Positions 57,912 to 64,000 of a DNA stretch of 64,000 nt are shown piece after piece. Each line of letters begins with the position of its first letter. Within the stretch, counting starts at the first letter, position 1. The notes below the pieces were generated by a model. It searched no databases and was not told the origin of the DNA. It saw nothing but the letters and a program-made list of their open reading frames with translations. This DNA comes from Eledone cirrhosa (lineage: Eukaryota). The stretch lies in assembly GCA_964016885.1 (NCBI GenBank), contig OZ024744.1:91760001-91824000 (forward strand), read 5' to 3'. The translations under genes were made by a program, and so were the position numbers.

Positions 57912-60786
57912 ACATGTTTTTAATAATCTTTCTGTTGGAACCTTCCTAAAAACTAACCTCCTCCTAAAGTTACCCATTAATTAATTATATAGAACCTTCC
58001 TGCATCTCGCTCGCTAACTTTGTAAACACTTTGCTCCTTCTCTGATACGCCCCGCCCCGCCTGATCGCAAGTATAAAATAAATCTTGCTGGTTCCCAAGG
58101 ACAATTTATCTATCTAAATTATCTTAAAGGCGATCTGTTGATTTTGAGAATGTAAGCAAATTACTTGTCTTTCTATTATCTGTAGTCTTCCCAATAAGCA
58201 GTGTTTTAAACTCCTAGTTATGCCAGTCTAAAATTCAAATTCCCTGTTTGTTTCTCTCGGATTTTCAATTAATATTTTACTTTTACATGTTTTTAATAAT
58301 TTGTCTCATTCTGTTGGACCGTCCCTAAAAACTAACCTTCTCCTAAAGTTACCCATTTCTCCCCCTCCCACCCACACACCACCATTGCTATATGGTCCAA
58401 TCATAACTCAGCGGCTTTAGTAAGTTTCCGAACAAATCAGTAGCAAAGCTACCACCCAGGTTACTACTCCTTAAGTTTAGACCTGTTTGATGGGTTGACT
58501 GCGGAAATTTGGAAAGTCTAAGCACTCAATGAAAACCACTTGATCACCTATAGATCAGGGGAACACGCCAGCCAGATAGATTATATCCTTAATAGAAGAC
58601 GGGACAAAGTGTCTGTTATAAACACTAAATCCCTCCCCCATGAAGAATGCACCTCCCAACATAGCCTAGTAGTTAGTGACCTCATAGTTAGGAATAGACG
58701 TACTTGACGACAGAGGAGACCTACCTTGAGGAGAAGAATATGGAAGTTGAAGGACCCCATAGCCAGTGACAAATTTAAAAGCTTATTACTTGATGCCTTT
58801 GACAATAAGGAAGAGCAATTAGAGACGTGCGATATAGAGGAACAGTGGAAATTCTTGAAAGTGAACCTGCTGAAAGCAACGGATGAAATCTGTGGCTGGA
58901 GCAGAACTATTGGCAGGAGGAGAGTAACTTAGTGGTGGAACAGTAAGGTAGAAGGCCAAAAAGCAGGCTTGGAAAGTATGGCAGGATGGGGGAAGTAGAG
59001 AAGACTATCAAGTGGCCAGGAGAGAAGCTAGGAGACAAGTGTACCTTGCAAAAAGGGAAGCAGAGGAAAGAAAGTTCAAGCATGTTCTACAACGTGAGGA
59101 CCAAAAACGTGAGGTGTTCAGGATTGCTAGACAATGTGTCAAGGAAAACCGTGATATTGTCGGGGAGAAGTGTGTCCGTAATGATAACAGTGTACTTGCC
59201 CTCACTGTTGCTGATAGGAAGATAGCCTGGAAGTGTCACTACGAGAGACTATTAAATGAGGAGAATAAGTGGGAAAAAGATAGTCTGCCCAAAATCGATC
59301 CAATAGAAGGACCAGCGGTATAAGTTAAAGGTAGTATAGTAAGTAAGGCAATCAAAGATATGAAGACAGGCAAGGCAGCTGGGCCTTCGGAGATAGTTGC
59401 TGAGATGTTGACGGCATCTGGAATGGTTGTACACACTATGGTCACCCGTATAGTTAACCAAGTAATACAGAATGGGGTCATACCAAAAGACTGGTGTAGC
59501 AGCATCATCATTAACTGCTACAAGGGTAAAGGAGATCCTCTAGATAGAGGAAACTATAGAGGCATTAAGTTAGTTGACCAGGTCATGAAAGTCACAGAAA
59601 GAGTTATAGCACAACTAATCAGAGAGCGAATTGATCTAGATGAAATGCAGTTTGGGTTTGTGTCAGGTAAAAGTACCACTGACGCTCTTTTCCTTGTACG
59701 ACAACTACAGAAGTACCTAGCTAAAAGTAAACCCCTCTACTTAGCTTTTGTAGACCTGGAGAAAGCCTTTGACAGCGTCCCACATTCCATTATCTGGTGG
59801 GCTCTTAGAAAACCAGGTGTAGATGAATGGCTTGTGAGGGCTATACAAGCTATGTATAATGAAACAGTCAGTAAGGTTAGAATTAACAACGAATATAGTG
59901 AAGAGTTTAGCCCCCACCTATTTATTATTGCCCTTCAGGCTATAACAGAGGAGTTCAAGACTGGCTGCCCATGGGAACTCCTATACGCAGATGATCTAAC
60001 GCTCATAGCTGAATCACTGGCCGAACTAGTGCAGAGGTCCTGCGTAGACTGGAAAGGAACGAAGCATGCATGCTCGATTGGATGTGTAATAGTAATATAC
60101 GTGAACGGCAAAACATAAATGAACTAAGTGAGAAATTAGGAATAAGAGGGATCAGATGCTGTTTACTTGAGAGAAGACTACGTTGTTGTGGCTACGTGAT
60201 GCGCATGAAAGACGACAGCTGTATAAAAAAGTGCAGGGCGATCAAAATTGATGGTAGTTACGGAGTAGGTAGACCCAGAAAACCTGATAAATTCCGACCT
60301 TACACACTTGGACCTCTCTAAAACAATGTCATTGGACCGAGATCTTTGGCGCTATGCAGTAATACAGAAGACCCACATTGCCTATGTACAAAGCGAAAAC
60401 CTACAGTCAGTAGGCACCTCTTAACCAAATATACACCCCAATCCACTACCCCTACTCTATCCTCCCACTCCCACCAACACCACCCTCTCTCTGTAAAGTT
60501 GGTACCACAACATCCAGTCCAAATAAATGAGATAATGAGATCAAGATCGTGTAGGTATCACAACAAAAAAAACACACAGTCCACGCTGTAATGTGGCCAT
60601 GTAGGTAACATGGTAAAAAGTTCCCAGCACACACTGTAAATGTTGTTCGTGTTAGGAAGGGCATCCAGCCGTAGAAAACCTGCCAGATAGTCCTATATGA
60701 GCGGGACTCGGTCACCCGACCAACCTTGCCTCAAGTAGGACAACTCCTGTCTAACCCATGCTAGCGTGGAAGATGGACGTTAAACG
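57912..60786 (+). mobile_element. RTE LINE with 5' leader and internal deletions, pseudogenised
   Basis: Leader block caccaccatt...ccaatcataa shared with ~62554-62583; coding sequence from 58533 is colinear with 63404-64000; RT motifs; 3' tail ggacgttaaacg. Confidence 0.85.
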
Positions 60787-60989
60787 AAGCAATTAACGGC
60801 AATTAACGTCCTCTTTCCCTGCTATATATATCTCCCCTTCTCTCTCTTACTCTCTCTCTCTTTCTCTCCTTTCACTTGGTAAGAATTTTGACTAAATTTT
60901 ATATTTATATATACACATATTATATATATATATATACATGTATATATTTGTATATATATACTTATATATATTATATATATATATATATC

Positions 60990-61275
60990 AACATCATTTC
61001 TTTTTACGTCCGCTTTTCCCTGCTAGCAAGGGTGGAGCGGGAACTGATTCTGGCTTGATTTCTACAGCTGGATGCCCTTCCTAACACCAACCTCATTTAC
61101 AGTGAGTGCTGGGTGCTTTTTTGCCTTGGCACCTACATGACACTTTGCGGTGGAATGATATGGACCCCAGCTGAGTAAAGTGGGGCAATGTGGAATAAAG
61201 TGTCTTGCTCAAGGAAACAACATCACCCGGTCTGAGAATTGAACTCACAACCAATGCTCTAACCATTGAGCCATG
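60990..61275 (-). mobile_element. Family B SINE with deletions
   Basis: Reverse complement of tail/CORE/head. Confidence 0.75.
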
Positions 61276-61309
61276 TGTGTGTATATATATATGTATATAT
61301 ATATATATA

Positions 61310-61684
61310 TATAATAATAATATATATGTCGTAAGAAACACAGTAAATCATGTGTCTAATATTACGAGGGTTGAAGAACCACATTTGTTTGAAATATTTA
61401 ACCATGAAGCAGACAGAATGATAAAATAAAATTAAATTATATTATACAAACCGCCTCAATAACAATTATATCTCTCGGACAGATTAGGGGTAATCTGTTT
61501 CGCCCTGAGTGTGTTTGTAACAGATAATCCTGGGCATCATCAGTTTGTATAATATAATTTTATTTTATTTTATCATTCTGTCTGCTTCATGGTTAAATAT
61601 TTCAAACAAATGTGGTCTTTCAACCCTCGTAATATTAGACACACGATTTACTATGTTTCTTACTACATATATATTATTATTATA
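61310..61684. repeat. Fold-back element, ~140-bp arms around a hammerhead core
   Basis: Arms 61310-61451 and 61543-61684. Confidence 0.9.
61478..61543 (-). ncRNA. Hammerhead ribozyme core (stems II and III intact, stem I partner displaced)
   Basis: CTGATGA-t-GCCC-N26-GGGC-GAAA-CAGATTA-cccc-TAATCTG-TC, giving a GUC cleavage triplet. Confidence 0.65.
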
Positions 61685-62081
61685 ATTGTTTCTACTTTAG
61701 GCACAAGGCCAGCAATTACCCAGTGCATTACTGGTACTTTATTTTATCGACCCCCGTAAGGATGAAAGGCAAAGTTAACCTCGGCGGGATTTGAACTCAG
61801 ACCGTAAAGGGACGTAACTATGCTGGAAAGCATGGCGCCCGACCCTCTACCGATACTGCCAATCCACCACCCTATATATTATTATTATAAAGGGCGGTGG
61901 ATTGGCAGTATCGGTAGAGGGTCGGACGTCATGCTTTCCAGCATAGTTACGTCCCTTTACGATCTGAGTTCAAATCCAGCCGAGGTTGACTTTGCCTTTC
62001 ATCCTTACGGGGTCGATAAAATAAAGTACCAGTAATGCACTGGGTAATTGCTGGCCTTGTGCCTAAAGTAGAAACAATTAT
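61683..62081. mobile_element. Head-to-head pair of family A SINEs (61683-61872 -, 61891-62081 +)
   Basis: Near-perfect ~190-bp inverted repeat with an ~18-nt AT spacer. Confidence 0.9.
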
Positions 62082-62152
62082 AATTCTCGGTATTTATACT
62101 TTGTAGCTTATTGATTACAGGGTTTCAGTAAGAGTTATTAACTCTAACTTTC

Positions 62153-62189
<37 letters not shown>

Positions 62190-62617
62190 ATAAAACCCTA
62201 CCAAAATTAATCAAAATCGCCAACTCGCTATTTCTGGGATGGCTGTTCCCTTCGGTTCCTTCGGTATAAAGTAACGTTCAAATTTTTCTCGATTCTTCTC
62301 TCCATTCGAACCCATTCATTCAATCACTTCTACGTCCTAATTTCACACTATATCATATTTTCACCATTCTATATCATATCTTTTCTCTAAAAATCATATT
62401 TTCCCTATCACCGCATTTTCTCTATCGTATTTTCTTAAACAAAACAAATCTTGTATTTTCGTTTATTGTTAAATTATGCCCAAAATACGGCGATCTTATC
62501 TTAAACCTTACATTCTCGCTAACAACCCATCATCCCTCCCTCCCGCCCCCACGCACCACCATTATTACGTGGACCAATCATAAGTCCATACTATCGCTTA
62601 ACTGGTTGCTTTTCGAT

Positions 62618-64000
62618 ATGATAGATGGACTACGGAATTCTGGAGAGTTGAAGAGAGAAAAATGTGGACGCTCAGCGACAATGCCAAAGATAAAGCCAAA
62701 TTCACCTCGTGGACGAGAATGCAAGCACTCCTCCTTGTTTCGGCCCAGGATGGCTAACACAACCCCCCCCCCCCCCCCCCCCCCCCCGCCCCACCGCTCC
62801 CACCCTCCAAACGCAATCCAAAACTTCAGAGTTGCTACCATGAATGTAGGCACCTTAAAGGGTCGCGCTAACGAGGTTGTAGAAATGCTTGAACGTAAGG
62901 AGGTCGATGTTTGTTGTATTCAAGAGACCAGGTGGAGGGGAGGGTCGGCTAGATTCATCGTGGGTAAAGAACGATGCTATAAGCTTTTCTGGGTGGGAAA
63001 TGACAATGGGTTGGGTGGGGTAGGAATCATGGTAGCAGAAAAGTGGGCAGATAAGATAATAGACGTAAATAGAGTGAACGACAGAATAATTAAAATAAGA
63101 CTTGTCCTCAATAAAACTACGGTGACAGTAATATCTGCGTACGCACCCCAATCCGGACTGCCCGGCGCTATAAAAGACAGATTCTACGAGAAACTGATGC
63201 TCGCTACCTCCCAAATAACCGACAGTGACTATATAGTTATTGCAGGCGACCTAAATGGTCACGTTGGACAACATTGTGACGGTTATGACGGAATCCATGG
63301 AGGCTATGGGTTCGGTACTAGAAATGAGGAAGGCTCCAGAATCCTGGAATTCTGCGACGCAAATAACTTAACTATCTGTAACACTAACTTCAAAAAACGA
63401 GACAATCACTTGATCACCTATAGATCGGGGGAACACACAAGCCAGGTAGATTATATCCTTACCAGAAGACGTGACAGAGTGTCTGTTGTTAACACTAAAT
63501 CCCACCCCCATGAAGAATTCACCTCCCAACATAGACTGATAATTAGCGACCTCATAGTCAGGACGAGACGTACTAGACAGCGGAAGTGGACTATCCTCAG
63601 GAGAAAAATATGGAAGCTAAAGGACCCCATAGCCAGAAATAAATTTCAAAGCATATTACTTGACGCTTTCGACAGTAAGGAAGAGCAATTAGAGTCGTAT
63701 AATATAGAGGAACAGTGGGAATTCCTGAGAGCAAACCTGCTGACGGCGGCAGACGAAGTCTGTGGCTGGAGCAGGCCTGTAGGTAGGAGGAGAGTAACAT
63801 GGTGGTGGAACAGTAAGGTGGAGGAGTCAATTAAGGCCAAAAAGCAGGCTTGGAAAGTATGGCGGGATGGGGGAAGTAGAGAAGACTATCAAGTGGCCAG
63901 GAGGGAAGCTAGGAGACGAGTGTACTTCGCAAGAAGGGAAGCGGAGGAAAGAAAGTTCAAGCATGTTCTACAACGTGAGGACCAAAAACGTGAGGTGTTC
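62618..64000 (+). CDS. RTE LINE ORF (APE endonuclease and linker), open to the window end; the element leader begins near 62190
   Basis: Manual translation without stops: ATMNVGTLKGR, CCIQETRW, SAYAPQ, AGDLNGHVG, QVDYIL, QHRLII, VTWWWN; start uncertain (ATG 62618, 62681, 62750 or 62840; poly-C run at 62763-62787). Confidence 0.85.
   Translation, partial: MIDGLRNSGELKREKCGRSATMPKIKPNSPRGRECKHSSLFRPRMANTTPPPPPPPPPHRSHPPNAIQNFRVATMNVGTLKGRANEVVEMLERKEVDVCCIQETRWRGGSARFIVGKERCYKLFWVGNDNGLGGVGIMVAEKWADKIIDVNRVNDRIIKIRLVLNKTTVTVISAYAPQSGLPGAIKDRFYEKLMLATSQITDSDYIVIAGDLNGHVGQHCDGYDGIHGGYGFGTRNEEGSRILEFCDANNLTICNTNFKKRDNHLITYRSGEHTSQVDYILTRRRDRVSVVNTKSHPHEEFTSQHRLIISDLIVRTRRTRQRKWTILRRKIWKLKDPIARNKFQSILLDAFDSKEEQLESYNIEEQWEFLRANLLTAADEVCGWSRPVGRRRVTWWWNSKVEESIKAKKQAWKVWRDGGSREDYQVARREARRRVYFARREAEERKFKHVLQREDQKREVF

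Overview
Eukaryotic, AT-rich, extremely repeat-dense DNA. The SINE and LINE families and the dense (TA)n/(CA)n/(AG)n/(GAT)n microsatellites are best explained by a cephalopod (Octopus-like) genome; this is inferred from recalled repeat motifs, not from a search. Almost all listed ORFs are translations of microsatellites. Real coding remnants are retrotransposon-derived: many RTE-clade LINEs (near full-length disrupted copies at about 25.0-28.7, 50.3-53.3 and 57.9-60.8 kb; an uninterrupted 690-aa RT ORF at 55.1-57.1 kb on the minus strand; an APE ORF still open at the window end), a CR1-like fragment and Penelope-like (RT/GIY-YIG) fragments. There are also two tRNA-derived SINE families, Helitron pieces and a TA-flanked MITE. 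An ~8.4-8.6 kb tandem duplication (about 6.3-14.7 / 14.7-23.3 kb) is bounded by RTE-tail repeats. One credible host exon (39891-40017, +) suggests much of the window is intronic. Most interesting signals: (i) fold-back elements carrying hammerhead-ribozyme cores, Penelope-derived; (ii) a bipartite non-autonomous RTE element whose 5' leader shows compensatory base changes; (iii) a 41-bp minisatellite with 12 perfect CRE sites plus GGAA motifs behind a Helitron-like start; (iv) an RTE with three C-terminal C2H2 fingers; (v) insertion into (TA)n seen directly by comparing the two duplicate copies. Coordinates and alignments were read by eye and boundaries are approximate. I cannot establish that any of this is undescribed.
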